DNA of 54,445 nucleotides from a virus (Duplodnaviria; Caudoviricetes): IMG/VR virus record IMGVR_UViG_3300037462_000386, positions 1 to 54,445 of that record; one strand, 5' to 3'. Shown piece by piece: positions 44,725 to 54,445 of this stretch (position 1 is its first letter; each line of letters starts with the position of its first letter). The notes under the pieces were generated by a model. It saw only the letters and a program-made list of their open reading frames with translations, ran no database searches and was not told where the DNA came from. The position numbers and the translations under genes were made by a program.

Positions 44725-47700
44725 TGACCGAAAACATTAAGCTAGGGCTACTCATCAGTGCAAGCGGCGGCAAGCAGACAGTCGCACAATTGCTTGCCGT
44801 CCAGGCTGCCAGTAAAAAAATTGCGGATGAAGCCCCAGGCATTGCGCGGCTGTCGGAAGCCCTGGGAATCACAGGGGAAGCGGCCAAGCGGCTGTCCAAG
44901 AATTTACAAAAAACGCCGGACGAAATACTGGAAATTGCTGGCGCATTGCAAGCCATGCGAAAGGCTGGCGTCAGCGCTGATCAGCAGTTGCTATCGCTGG
45001 CCGCGAAGTTTGGGCTAACCGCAGACCAAGCCAAAAAGCTCCAAGCAATAAATTTTAGCCAACAGCAGAAGCAGGTAAGTGCGCTGGGTGGCGGTGTTGC
45101 CGAGCTAGCCTTCAAGTTCAACAACGTCGTCACGGCATTGCAGTCGCTACTGGCAGCGGCCAAGCCTGCCTATGATTTCCTGATTGGCAGTAATGAACGG
45201 CTGAATGCCCAGCTCCTGAGTAGCCAAACAAACCTGGCGTCAGCAACGCGGATTTTCCAGGGTGGGCAGGAAGTAACCGACCCCACCGCCAAAATCAAGG
45301 CCACACTGCCAGCGCTGGAAGCGGCCCTGAAGCAGGTTGAGCGGGACACGCAATCTTTGGTTGGAGTCACGTCCCAGGAAGTCAACGAACTTTTCCAGAT
45401 CACCCTGACCAATGCGGCGGCGCTGAACAATCAGTCGAAGCAATTTGCCGACCCGATCGCGGCGGCAACGTCGCTAACCAAGGGCTGGGCGGCGTCCCTC
45501 AAGGTGGTCGGGGTCCCACTGGACCAAGCCCGCCAAGAAATTAACTCAATCCTCAAAGGCCAGATCGACCAAAACTCAATCCTGGCCAAAAACCTCAATA
45601 TCTCCAACCAGCAGGTTCAGCGCTGGCAGAGTCAGGGCGTCTTGGTGGATGAGCTGAACAAACGCCTGGAAACCTTCGTCGCCGGGAACGCGATCGCGGC
45701 TCGGAGTATTTCGGGCATCGGCTCGAACATTCAGGATATTTTTGAGCGACTGGGACGTGATGCCGGGAAGCCGTTCCTCGAACCGATCATCGCGGCGCTG
45801 GATGCCATCTTCCGCTACCTGCAGGCGAATGAGCAGGCGATTATCGAACTGGTCACCAACCTGGGGCAGGGATTGTCGGCAGCCTTATCGGAGTTCGCGG
45901 AAACGGTGGGGCCAGCGTTGCTCCCGATCGGGCAGAACCTTGAAGCTATTGCCAAAAATGCAGGTGGCCCGCTGCTCTCCGCCTTTGAGGGACTGGTCAG
46001 TTTGGCGGCAGGGTTGATTGTGGTCCTATCCCCGATCGCGCAAATCCTCTCCGGCATCATTGCTCAACTGGCAGTGCTGGCGAATAGTGATTTTGGCGGC
46101 GTCGTGGTCCAGGCATTAGCGGCGACTGCGGCGCTGGGCAAACTTGGCTCGGTATTGGCGGGTGTGATTGCCGGGGTGCCTGTCCTCTCTGGCGCAATCA
46201 AGGCACTTTCGACGACTACGCTCCCAGGCGCGATCGCGGCAATGGGGACATTTGCCACAAAGATCGGCACGTCGGTCGGTGGGGCCGTCACCGCCCTGGC
46301 GACTGGCGGCATCCCGGCACTCACCGCCGCATTGCCGGGATTAAGCGCCGCGTTGACGACAGCATCAGCAGCGGCGTTACCATTGGCGGCGGCGTTATTG
46401 CCGATCGCGGGAGCCGTTGGCGTCACCTTCATCGTCAAGGGGACGCAAGACCTGAAAAACGCCCAGCGCGAAATTGACGCGCTGGCGGCTGGGACTGAGG
46501 CACTGAGCGACCGATCGATACGCTATGCCGCTCGGTTAAAAGCACTGAATGATGCCCAGAAAGCCAACGGGAGGTTAACGGCTGAGCAACAAGCGGAACT
46601 CGAAAAATATGGCCGTGTCGCGCGATTAACCAATCAGCAGATTGACGAACAAATTGCGGCATTGCGACAGGCTAAACCCGCTTCGGAAGCACAATCCAAC
46701 GCGATTAGGGCGCAAATCAACCTGCTTGAACGGCAGAAGCAACTGTTAGAAAAAACCGCTGGTGGTATCCGTATCCAAGCGAAGGAACTGGAAGACCTGG
46801 GCACAAGTTATGAGCAGTTAGCCAAAGCTGCTGAAAACACAGATCGGGCGATCGCTCAGGCCCAATCCACCGACGAGGCGAATAAGGCGGCGAAGGAACG
46901 GATTAGCATTCTCCAGCAGCAGCAGGAATTGGGGCGAATCACCGACGAACAGGCCGTCGAAGCACTGGCGAAACTGGCGGAAAACACCAAGCTCGAAGTC
47001 GAAATCCAGCAGCAAGCCCAGGCCGAAATTGGCAAAATCCGCAAGAACCAGCTTAAGCTCCAACTTGACGACCTGAAGGCTCAAACCGACCAGGTGGAGG
47101 CGGCGGCGTTGACCGGGGTGAAAGGCCCAGTTGAGGCGGCTGCGGCGATTACCCGGCTCAAAAAGGAGCAGCTCGATCTCCAGTTAAAAGATGTCCAGGC
47201 GAATATTGCGGCGGAGACCGCCGCGATCGCGGCGGGGCGGGGAAGTGCTACCCGGCTGAAGGAGTTGCAAGCTGAACAGAAGTCGCTCCAGGCCGAAATC
47301 CAGACAGAACAAATCAACAGTGCCAAGCGGGTGGCCGATGCCCAAATCAAGGTAGCGGAAGACGCCTATGACAAAACCGTGTCGATCGCGAAAGGGGCGG
47401 AGATTGCCAAAAATACTGAGACGGCGAAGTTGGTCGCCCAAGGGGCCATTAACGTAGAGCAAGCCGAGGGGCGAAAACTCGCGGCGGCTCAGGCCCGGAT
47501 TGCAGCGGAGTTGCAGGCGGAACGCATCAAGGCTGAGGCCCTCAGTCGGATTACAGCGCAGGGGCCAGAGGAACAGAAAAAGCTGGAGAAGCAGCGGCGT
47601 GACACCTCGGCGCGCATCCAGCAATTGGAGCAGGAACAGGCCAACAACCAAATCGCCATCCAGAAAAACGCCCTGGACCAAATCACGGCGGATAATCGTG

Positions 47701-49724
47701 AGGCCCAGCAGAAAATGACGCTGGAGGAAAAGCAGCGCTTCGCCGAGTTGGCCGAGTTGGAACAGCAGGGAGTGCTCAGCGCGGAAGCAGCGGCGGCGAA
47801 AAAGACTGAACTGACTGAGGCGCGGCTGCGGAAGGAACTCCAGTTAGAACAGGATTTACTGGCGAAATTGCAGACACAACCCGCCAGCCAAGCCCGCGAC
47901 GAACAAATTATCCAGGCTCAACAACGCATTGCCGATAAGCGCATCGCGATCGTGGAAGCGTCGTCAGCGCGTGAAGTCGCCATCCGCAAAGCCGCCCTGG
48001 ACCAAATCGAGCGGGCCAATAAGGTCGCCCTGGACCAAATCGAGCTGGCAGCACAGGAACGTCTGATCCAAACTCAGCGGTTGGTGAACCAGGGGGTCGT
48101 GAGCGAGGCTGAGGCAAACAAAATCAAGACTGAGAGCCAGCGTGAGTCGCTACGAGTCCAATTAGCTGCGGCCCAGCAGTATCAAGCCCAGCTCCAGACG
48201 CTTGAAGCCCAGGCCGCCAACCCCAAGGCGAAAGAAGAGGCCGAGAACGCCACTCGTGAAGCCCGCAAGAAGACCAATGCGTTGACCCTCCAGTTGCTGG
48301 AGGCGGAGCGATCGGCGCAACAGGCGGTTGTGGCAGCGGCGCAAGCGGCCATCCAGAAACAGCTTGATGCGAAGAACCGTGCCTTTGATGCCGAGCTGCG
48401 CCAAATTGCACAGGTTACACAGGCCCGCCGCAGTGCGACCGCCGAAGCCGAAATCGCGGCCCAGCGCGAGAGCGCGGCCCTGGAGGCGACGAACAAGGCT
48501 CTCGATCGGCAGACGAAGTTACTGCAAGCCAAGGCAGCGCTCCAGCAAGCGACCAACGGCTTGGCTCAGACTGAAACCCAGATTGGGATTGACAACCTGA
48601 ACCGAGCGGCGGAACTGCGCAAGCAGCTCGACAGCCAAAACCTGTCGGCCCAAGAACGGATTGTGATTGAGCGGCAATTGGCGGCATTGGGGATTAAGTC
48701 CCAAGCGTCGATCGTGGGCATCGTTGAACAGCGCCAAAAACTGGAAAACAAGCTGGCTGAACAGCGGCGGGCGGCGTTGTTGCAAGAACAGGCCCAGGCT
48801 CAAGCATCGTTAACCTTGGAGGCAAAACGGAATGAGCTGGCGAACAATCGGGCAGTGGTTGAAGCGCGAATTGCTGAAATCAAGGCCAAAGCGGCGGTTT
48901 TGGATGCGCAGTCAGCGCTCAACGAGCAGCGGATTGCCAGTGAAAAGGAAATTGCGGCGGCACAGGCAGCAGTGGCAGCAGCACGGCAGGGTGGTAATCA
49001 GGCCGATATTGTCGCGGCTCAGGCGCAGCTCAAAGCGGCGGAGACCACCGCGCGACTATCCCAGCAGCAAGCCCAGGACGGCGTCGCCCTGGCACGGCAG
49101 CAGGCCGACCTAGCGGCGCAGAATACAGCGGAGGCAATCGAGCAAAAAAATAGCCAAGCCGAACTGGAAGAGTTGTCCCGCAAAACCCTTGCCACCCAGC
49201 AGGAAGCGGCGCTCAAGCAATTTGAGGCGGCGGAGTCGGCACGGGCGCAAGCGCAGCAGCTCGAACTAGCGCGGGCATCAGCAGAAGGGATCGCGGCGGC
49301 GGCGGAACGGACCAAAGCCGCCCAAAGTCAAACTACCTCGGCACAGCCTGTCCCCCGTCGCACGGGTGGCCCGGTTGGCCCAGGAACGGTTTACGAGGTA
49401 TCTGAGGCGGGGCCGGAGATGTATCGCGGGCCGCAGGGCGATTACCTGATCCCCGATCGTGGTCTCTACACCTTCCCCCGATCGGGGCGCATCCTCAACG
49501 CACAGCAGACGGCACAGGCGATGGGGAACGTCACCATCCCAGGTGCGCCACGCATGGCCGGACGTGCTAGGGGTAGTGCCGTGGTTGACGAATTGCGAGC
49601 ACTACGGTCGATCGTGGAAAGCCGATCGGCGGGGGCGCAAATCCCGGTGACGTTTGGTTCACCCGATTCGAAGCAATGGGACGAATTTCTGAAGTTGCAG
49701 CGCAGCCTGCTGAGGGGGTTGTAA
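44724..49724 (+). CDS. tape measure protein
   Basis: 1666 aa, Ala/Gln/Glu helical, central hydrophobic block, C-terminal TGGPV..VSEAGPE; 14/15 motif copy at 49563. Confidence 0.9.
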   Translation: MTENIKLGLLISASGGKQTVAQLLAVQAASKKIADEAPGIARLSEALGITGEAAKRLSKNLQKTPDEILEIAGALQAMRKAGVSADQQLLSLAAKFGLTADQAKKLQAINFSQQQKQVSALGGGVAELAFKFNNVVTALQSLLAAAKPAYDFLIGSNERLNAQLLSSQTNLASATRIFQGGQEVTDPTAKIKATLPALEAALKQVERDTQSLVGVTSQEVNELFQITLTNAAALNNQSKQFADPIAAATSLTKGWAASLKVVGVPLDQARQEINSILKGQIDQNSILAKNLNISNQQVQRWQSQGVLVDELNKRLETFVAGNAIAARSISGIGSNIQDIFERLGRDAGKPFLEPIIAALDAIFRYLQANEQAIIELVTNLGQGLSAALSEFAETVGPALLPIGQNLEAIAKNAGGPLLSAFEGLVSLAAGLIVVLSPIAQILSGIIAQLAVLANSDFGGVVVQALAATAALGKLGSVLAGVIAGVPVLSGAIKALSTTTLPGAIAAMGTFATKIGTSVGGAVTALATGGIPALTAALPGLSAALTTASAAALPLAAALLPIAGAVGVTFIVKGTQDLKNAQREIDALAAGTEALSDRSIRYAARLKALNDAQKANGRLTAEQQAELEKYGRVARLTNQQIDEQIAALRQAKPASEAQSNAIRAQINLLERQKQLLEKTAGGIRIQAKELEDLGTSYEQLAKAAENTDRAIAQAQSTDEANKAAKERISILQQQQELGRITDEQAVEALAKLAENTKLEVEIQQQAQAEIGKIRKNQLKLQLDDLKAQTDQVEAAALTGVKGPVEAAAAITRLKKEQLDLQLKDVQANIAAETAAIAAGRGSATRLKELQAEQKSLQAEIQTEQINSAKRVADAQIKVAEDAYDKTVSIAKGAEIAKNTETAKLVAQGAINVEQAEGRKLAAAQARIAAELQAERIKAEALSRITAQGPEEQKKLEKQRRDTSARIQQLEQEQANNQIAIQKNALDQITADNREAQQKMTLEEKQRFAELAELEQQGVLSAEAAAAKKTELTEARLRKELQLEQDLLAKLQTQPASQARDEQIIQAQQRIADKRIAIVEASSAREVAIRKAALDQIERANKVALDQIELAAQERLIQTQRLVNQGVVSEAEANKIKTESQRESLRVQLAAAQQYQAQLQTLEAQAANPKAKEEAENATREARKKTNALTLQLLEAERSAQQAVVAAAQAAIQKQLDAKNRAFDAELRQIAQVTQARRSATAEAEIAAQRESAALEATNKALDRQTKLLQAKAALQQATNGLAQTETQIGIDNLNRAAELRKQLDSQNLSAQERIVIERQLAALGIKSQASIVGIVEQRQKLENKLAEQRRAALLQEQAQAQASLTLEAKRNELANNRAVVEARIAEIKAKAAVLDAQSALNEQRIASEKEIAAAQAAVAAARQGGNQADIVAAQAQLKAAETTARLSQQQAQDGVALARQQADLAAQNTAEAIEQKNSQAELEELSRKTLATQQEAALKQFEAAESARAQAQQLELARASAEGIAAAAERTKAAQSQTTSAQPVPRRTGGPVGPGTVYEVSEAGPEMYRGPQGDYLIPDRGLYTFPRSGRILNAQQTAQAMGNVTIPGAPRMAGRARGSAVVDELRALRSIVESRSAGAQIPVTFGSPDSKQWDEFLKLQRSLLRGL

Positions 49725-50167
49725 TGGCGTTTGTGACCTTTCGTGGGACAACTCCCACCCTGGAACTGACGGCGACCGACTGGCATTTGCAGTTGACGCA
49801 TCCCAGTATTGCCGACACGCTCGTTCTGACCGCGTTCCCCCGTGATGGTGAACCGTACCGCCGATCGATTGAAGGCTGGGCCAGGTCGGATGGGCGGAGC
49901 TTGTCGGACGGGATTCGGATTACTGGGGGCCAGGCTAATCTGACGCAGGCATGGGATTGCTCGTTTTTGGTCAAGCGGCCTCAGTTTGAGCTGTTCAACC
50001 AACTACTACAGGCGCAGCAGGGAGTGACCCCAGTGACCATCCTCGATCGATTCGCGGGTGAAACGGACAACGCGCTGTGCTGGCTGGACGTTGATCAGCA
50101 GTACCTAACCCCGGCACTGCTGGGCAGTTGGTGGCTGCTGCAATTTAGAGCGATCGAGGAGGTGTGA
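49724..50167 (+). CDS. distal tail protein-like
   Basis: follows TMP, TAATG coupling. Confidence 0.55.
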   Translation: MAFVTFRGTTPTLELTATDWHLQLTHPSIADTLVLTAFPRDGEPYRRSIEGWARSDGRSLSDGIRITGGQANLTQAWDCSFLVKRPQFELFNQLLQAQQGVTPVTILDRFAGETDNALCWLDVDQQYLTPALLGSWWLLQFRAIEEV

Positions 50168-50168
50168 T

Positions 50169-50435
50169 TTGAATTACTACGAGCAACAGGCCGAAATCCG
50201 TCGAGCACAACGCCGTCGATCGCGGCAAGCAACACAATCGGCCAAGGCGACATTGCCCACGGTTGGCACCTATGTGGGCCGGGATGGTGTGAGCGGTTAT
50301 CGCACGATCGAGACGCCGGACGGAGGGATTGACTACACCCGGTATTACTCGAATGCTGTCCCGCCCACTGTGCCCGATTTGTACGTACCGGGGGCCGTTG
50401 CCCGCCCTGGTGTAATTAGCAGCAAGCCCGCATGA
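50169..50435 (+). CDS. small tail protein, paralogous to the N-terminus of the 53954 ORF
   Basis: AEIRRAQRRR..PDGG. Confidence 0.55.
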   Translation: MNYYEQQAEIRRAQRRRSRQATQSAKATLPTVGTYVGRDGVSGYRTIETPDGGIDYTRYYSNAVPPTVPDLYVPGAVARPGVISSKPA

Positions 50436-52336
50436 GATTAGATTACAGCTACAAACAGATCCGGTTATTTGTCGGTGATTCCGAGTTTGAAATCACCGAC
50501 TATCTCGACGGGTTTGAGCTGGCGGTGCCGGACATGGATTTGGGGCAGCGCATCACCTGGCAGGGTGGGTTCCAGTTGTCCTACAACACCAAGGCCCTAC
50601 GGGGTGGGCTGACCGAAGCTGATTTTTCGCCCTACGTGCATCCCGATCGCTGGCGGCCCGATCGGCGGTTGGCAATTGAATTCCGCGCAGAGACAGGCGA
50701 AACCCACCGGATACCGTTGCGGATACGGAGTTACAGCTACACCCCAGCAACTAACACATCTCCCGGCATTGGCCAGGGTGAGTTTTATCAGTTGTTGGAT
50801 GCCGTGGATAAGGATAGACCCGCGATCGATGCGGGATTCTCGGTGGGTGGGGCAACTGGAGTGCCGGGGGAAGTATCGCCGGGAAACAATCTGGCCTTGG
50901 TCGTGCAGCGCTTACTGGACTTGGCGTTTAGCGGCTCCAGCGTGCAGCCTGCCAGTGCCACAGTGAGCGGCATTTGGGGCGGGATTAGTGATGTGATTGC
51001 CACCCGCAACCCGATCGCGGATGCTGCCGACTTAGCCGCGACTTGCTGGCAGTGGATTATTGCCCGTGACGATGAAGGGGCCACACTGATTAGCGGCGAT
51101 CCCATGACCCATCCGATATTGTTCACCAGGGCGCGGGGGCAGTTTGAGATTGAGGCGGAGGAACGGAAAGGGGATTGGGCCAGTAAAGCGATCGTAACTG
51201 GCAGTTATCAGGTGGCCCGCCCACCGGATGAGGATTGCGGCGGCGATGGGGCACCGCCCGACCCGAATGACCTCGACGACCAAAAGCGTCCAAAAATTAT
51301 TCGCACAACATCAACCGCAACTTTCGCTGAGGTCTTCCCAAACGGCGGAACAAGCAGCGCTCTCACGACACTTGAGCGCAAAACCATCCTGTACCAGTAT
51401 GCGGACAGCCTGCCACAGGATAATTTGGTGTCCCTCTGGACTCAGGTGAATGTGTCCATGAGCGTACCGAATCCCTTGGCTATCCCTACATACATCCCCT
51501 CGATCGATCAGTCGGAGGGGAATGAGGTTGTTGGTACGATGACGATTAGGGAGAAGCCAGCCGGATCGATTTTTGAATCGTTGGGGACAAACGACAACCT
51601 GAGGATTTATGAAATCGAAATCGAGTCAGAGCGGCGGAAAGTGCGCCTCCGTCCGTGGGGATTGATTAACGAGGCGGCGGGAACAAACTTTACACTCTAC
51701 CCTTCGCCAGATGAGCAAATCGACATCGCCAGCGCATCCAGGCCAGAGCCGCAGCCATACTTGGAAACACCGGGAGACAATAACTCGAAGCGCTGCCTTG
51801 AGAAAAAGATTGAGAAAGAACCCCGCCAAACCGCCCCCGATTGGCAAATGGAAACCGTCCCAGTGCGGGGCGAATGCGAAATCTTGCCCGAAAACTGGGC
51901 ACCCGTACTTGGTTTCCCCAGGATTGAGGATTTTGGGTTTATCCCCTCACAGGCCCACGCCAATGCCCTTGCCTGCCACTGTGCCGCAAAATGGGCGCGT
52001 GAAACCGACCCCTGGAGGGTGACGCTACCAATCGCGCCGGAATGGATTATCGCGGGATGTCCACCCTATTTCCGCTGCCACCTGCATGACGCCCACTATG
52101 AAGCCGTCGCCTGCACGATCGTGCAAAACGATGGCCGTACCCAGATGCAGTTTCAGGCGAATCGGATTGGGTCGGCTCCAGTTGCTCCGGCCCCGGTCGC
52201 TCCGGCTCCGTTTATCCCGGTTTACGACAATGGCGAACTCACGCTACAACTGACAGCGAATGTGGGCTCGATCGTCGGCATCTCCGGCGAAGATATTGGG
52301 CCGTTTTACGTGACTGCCAGCGGGGGGAATCCGTGA
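50432..52336 (+). CDS. tail tip/baseplate hub-like protein
   Basis: 634-aa ORF in the tail tip region. Confidence 0.55.
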   Translation: MRLDYSYKQIRLFVGDSEFEITDYLDGFELAVPDMDLGQRITWQGGFQLSYNTKALRGGLTEADFSPYVHPDRWRPDRRLAIEFRAETGETHRIPLRIRSYSYTPATNTSPGIGQGEFYQLLDAVDKDRPAIDAGFSVGGATGVPGEVSPGNNLALVVQRLLDLAFSGSSVQPASATVSGIWGGISDVIATRNPIADAADLAATCWQWIIARDDEGATLISGDPMTHPILFTRARGQFEIEAEERKGDWASKAIVTGSYQVARPPDEDCGGDGAPPDPNDLDDQKRPKIIRTTSTATFAEVFPNGGTSSALTTLERKTILYQYADSLPQDNLVSLWTQVNVSMSVPNPLAIPTYIPSIDQSEGNEVVGTMTIREKPAGSIFESLGTNDNLRIYEIEIESERRKVRLRPWGLINEAAGTNFTLYPSPDEQIDIASASRPEPQPYLETPGDNNSKRCLEKKIEKEPRQTAPDWQMETVPVRGECEILPENWAPVLGFPRIEDFGFIPSQAHANALACHCAAKWARETDPWRVTLPIAPEWIIAGCPPYFRCHLHDAHYEAVACTIVQNDGRTQMQFQANRIGSAPVAPAPVAPAPFIPVYDNGELTLQLTANVGSIVGISGEDIGPFYVTASGGNP

Positions 52337-53235
52337 TGCCGTATATCTACAGCACAGTCAGTCCTACTCCAGCCTGGGTGTCGGTGGACAACGCCGGGAA
52401 GATAACGGTCGATCGCGCCAACGTCCCAGCGGGTGGCTATACTGGCACCGCCCGCATCCAGTTGGGTGACGGCACCACAACGACCACGATCGACATCCCG
52501 ATCAACATTCAGCAATCGGCCACCTACGGGTTCTCGTTTGTCGAGCAATCGATCGCCCGTAGTGCATTGCGATTGACGGCACGTTCGATCGACATTGTGG
52601 CCCAGGAACCCGTAGTGATGCGCGGGGCATTCGCGATCGCGTCACGCACGATCGATACACAATTAGGCGGAGGCGGAGGCGGTGGCTCCGGAATTGAAGA
52701 AATGACTCTCGACTACTCAACCACAGGAGTGCTACTCAACAGTAAGCCCGCTAGCGCAGGCAGCGACGGCGATGGGGTGCAGGTGATCCGTGAACAGTCG
52801 TTCAAGGACTTAAGCGGGCTGGGATTTGGCGACCAGCGACTCACGGACAGCTACTACGGCGGGGTTTACGATCTCGATATCTACCGCGCCATGGTTTGGC
52901 GCTATAGTTCAAACGCATTTGACTGGCTGCCAGGACCGGGGGAAATCAAAATCACCACGAATTCGGTGGATGGCTCCGCGTTGGACAACTTATCGGGTAT
53001 GCACCCGCGTGGAATTGGCCTCTACCCGGACTTTGAAGGGCAAATCTGCTATGTGGCCATGCTCAACCCCAATGCCAACGGGAGTACCCATGGATATGAA
53101 CGATGGGTAGCTCACCGATCGCCGGAGCCAACCGGACTACCGATCGCGGGTGAAACTGACGTCTATTGGGATTGGGCGAATCATGGGCATTACTATACAG
53201 GCTACTACAGTGGCAACAACGGTGGGGGGAGCTAA
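52333..53235 (+). CDS. minor tail protein with Ig-like N-terminus
   Basis: PAWVSVDNAGKIT..GYTGTARI; poly-Gly linker before the C-terminal domain. Confidence 0.55.
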   Translation: MMPYIYSTVSPTPAWVSVDNAGKITVDRANVPAGGYTGTARIQLGDGTTTTTIDIPINIQQSATYGFSFVEQSIARSALRLTARSIDIVAQEPVVMRGAFAIASRTIDTQLGGGGGGGSGIEEMTLDYSTTGVLLNSKPASAGSDGDGVQVIREQSFKDLSGLGFGDQRLTDSYYGGVYDLDIYRAMVWRYSSNAFDWLPGPGEIKITTNSVDGSALDNLSGMHPRGIGLYPDFEGQICYVAMLNPNANGSTHGYERWVAHRSPEPTGLPIAGETDVYWDWANHGHYYTGYYSGNNGGGS

Positions 53236-53954
53236 TGGCGACTAATACGATCACAACCAGCATTGAAGAGGCGAAATTGGCGGTCACGGGCTGGGCCGAG
53301 AAGCTCAGGGCGGACAACACGCGCTTTGCTCTCCTGAGCGTGCCAACGGGGCAATCAGCCGCGACGTTTAACAGCAGCAACGGAGAGGTAACGGTAGCTG
53401 CTGCTCAGACGTGGCAAACAGGCGATCGATTGCGAATTGTTAATACGAACCCGTTCGGCGCTCCGAGCCTGAGTCCGTTGGCGGTATCAACTGACTACTG
53501 GGCAATCCGTGTATCCGGTACCGTTTTCAAGTTGGCCAGCTCGAAAGCTAACGCGATTTCGGGTACGGCTTTATCCGTGCCCGAGATCACCAGCAGTAGC
53601 TACTATGCGCTCGCCGCAGCCGCGCCCACTTACCTGTGGCCTGTGGCGGATTTGGTTGGCTACGAAATCTCGCACCCCGCCTACACCAACCGTTACAGCG
53701 TGCCAATTTCGCTGCCAAACCCCACGGTAAGCAGCAACGTCGCCACACTTAATTTCGAGCTGGCGACAATCTCCCACAGCGATGGGACGGCATTGGCCTA
53801 CAACGCGATCGCGCTAATCAAGGGGGGGAGCACCACGATCGGTAATACAACTGGGACGGTGCTCAATGCGGGAAGGCTCACGACAGCAATCTCGATCGCG
53901 GGTGGAGAAGCACCGCGACTGATCCAGTACGGTTATTCGGTTGAGGCAGGCTAA
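53235..53954 (+). CDS. minor tail protein
   Basis: QTGDRLRI..TDYWAIRVSGTVFKLASSKANA motif. Confidence 0.55.
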   Translation: MATNTITTSIEEAKLAVTGWAEKLRADNTRFALLSVPTGQSAATFNSSNGEVTVAAAQTWQTGDRLRIVNTNPFGAPSLSPLAVSTDYWAIRVSGTVFKLASSKANAISGTALSVPEITSSSYYALAAAAPTYLWPVADLVGYEISHPAYTNRYSVPISLPNPTVSSNVATLNFELATISHSDGTALAYNAIALIKGGSTTIGNTTGTVLNAGRLTTAISIAGGEAPRLIQYGYSVEAG

Positions 53955-54432
53955 TGGATCGCGCCGAAATCCGGAGGGAACAACGCCGCCGGGAAAATGC
54001 GGAACGACCCCGGCGAATCACTCAGATTGCCACGATCGGGCCGCGTCGCGAAAATGGCCGTTACGATGTGGCTGCGCCTGACGGCGGGGTGCTCCAGGGG
54101 AAGGGTATCAAGATTTTCAATGCGGCTCACAACGAGGGAGACACGTTGGTAGCAATCCCCCGGCGCGATGGCGCGATCGTGCTGGAGGGGCCAAAAGCCG
54201 ATGGCGAAGACGGTAACAATCTAGCATTGCCCGCCTTGGTCGATAAGTGCGATGGATACCTGCGGGGGCAGATTTTTAATTGTGGTGGCGAGGAGCGCGA
54301 AACCAAAACACTGTGGGGCTTGGCGTATAGCCAGGACAGTTTCAGCCGCTTTTACTATCTGGCTAATCTACTATCTGGCCAAACCTACGTACTGGCAGTG
54401 GTTCCCAAAAATATTCGCCCCTGTCCACCCCC
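53954..54432 (+). CDS. 5' part of the junction-spanning tail protein (continues at position 127)
   Basis: ATG coupled to the upstream stop; open frame into the terminal repeat. Confidence 0.75.
54307..54432. repeat. terminal direct repeat, right copy
   Basis: identical to 1-126; the last 13 bases of the window diverge. Confidence 0.95.
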
Positions 54433-54445
54433 CCCCCACCCGCCC

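Noticed and set aside
5254-49577. 15-bp motif as a repeated TPPST peptide only
   Set aside because: Copies occur on both strands, in different frames and in intergenic DNA
44606-49974. many antisense ORFs over the tape measure and other structural genes
   Set aside because: Shadow ORFs expected from GC-rich codon bias; no independent signals
54433-54445. biological variation at the end of the terminal repeat
   Set aside because: C-rich divergence in the last 13 bases is more simply a contig-end error in a low-complexity tract

Overview
The window looks like the complete circular genome (unit length about 54,306 bp; bases 1-126 recur at 54307-54432) of a temperate phage of a cyanobacterium. 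The host call rests on dense CGATCG/HIP1 sites, a cyanobacterial-type tyrosine integrase, a Uma2 fragment and an attP core matching the 3' half of tRNA-Cys. Head, packaging and late-control genes are Mu-like (Mor/C activator, gp27/gp28 terminase, DUF935 portal, F, G, I protease, capsid, gp36, gp37) with a siphovirus-type tail. There is no transposase: the phage has an integrase with attP and an iteron-containing initiator plus DnaB. The most unusual parts are: (1) a separately regulated leftward operon (about 11400 to 3712) with a structured leader carrying three tRNA-elbow mimics, a minimal GGDEF protein, a DNA-binding protein with 8-bp repeats and a candidate -1 frameshift that adds a membrane anchor, small membrane proteins, a membrane FtsK-like ATPase and a membrane-anchored lysozyme/M23 peptidase, together resembling a Streptomyces TraB/Spd-like cell-to-cell DNA spreading machine; (2) a 15-bp motif, ACTCCCCCTAGCACG, dispersed ten times, mostly inside genes; (3) a portal polyprotein and a MuF protein carrying cargo or toxin-like domains, each followed by a small immunity-like ORF, with recurring xFAE-like motifs at the portal domain borders. 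All family calls come from reading motifs by eye; no database searches were run.
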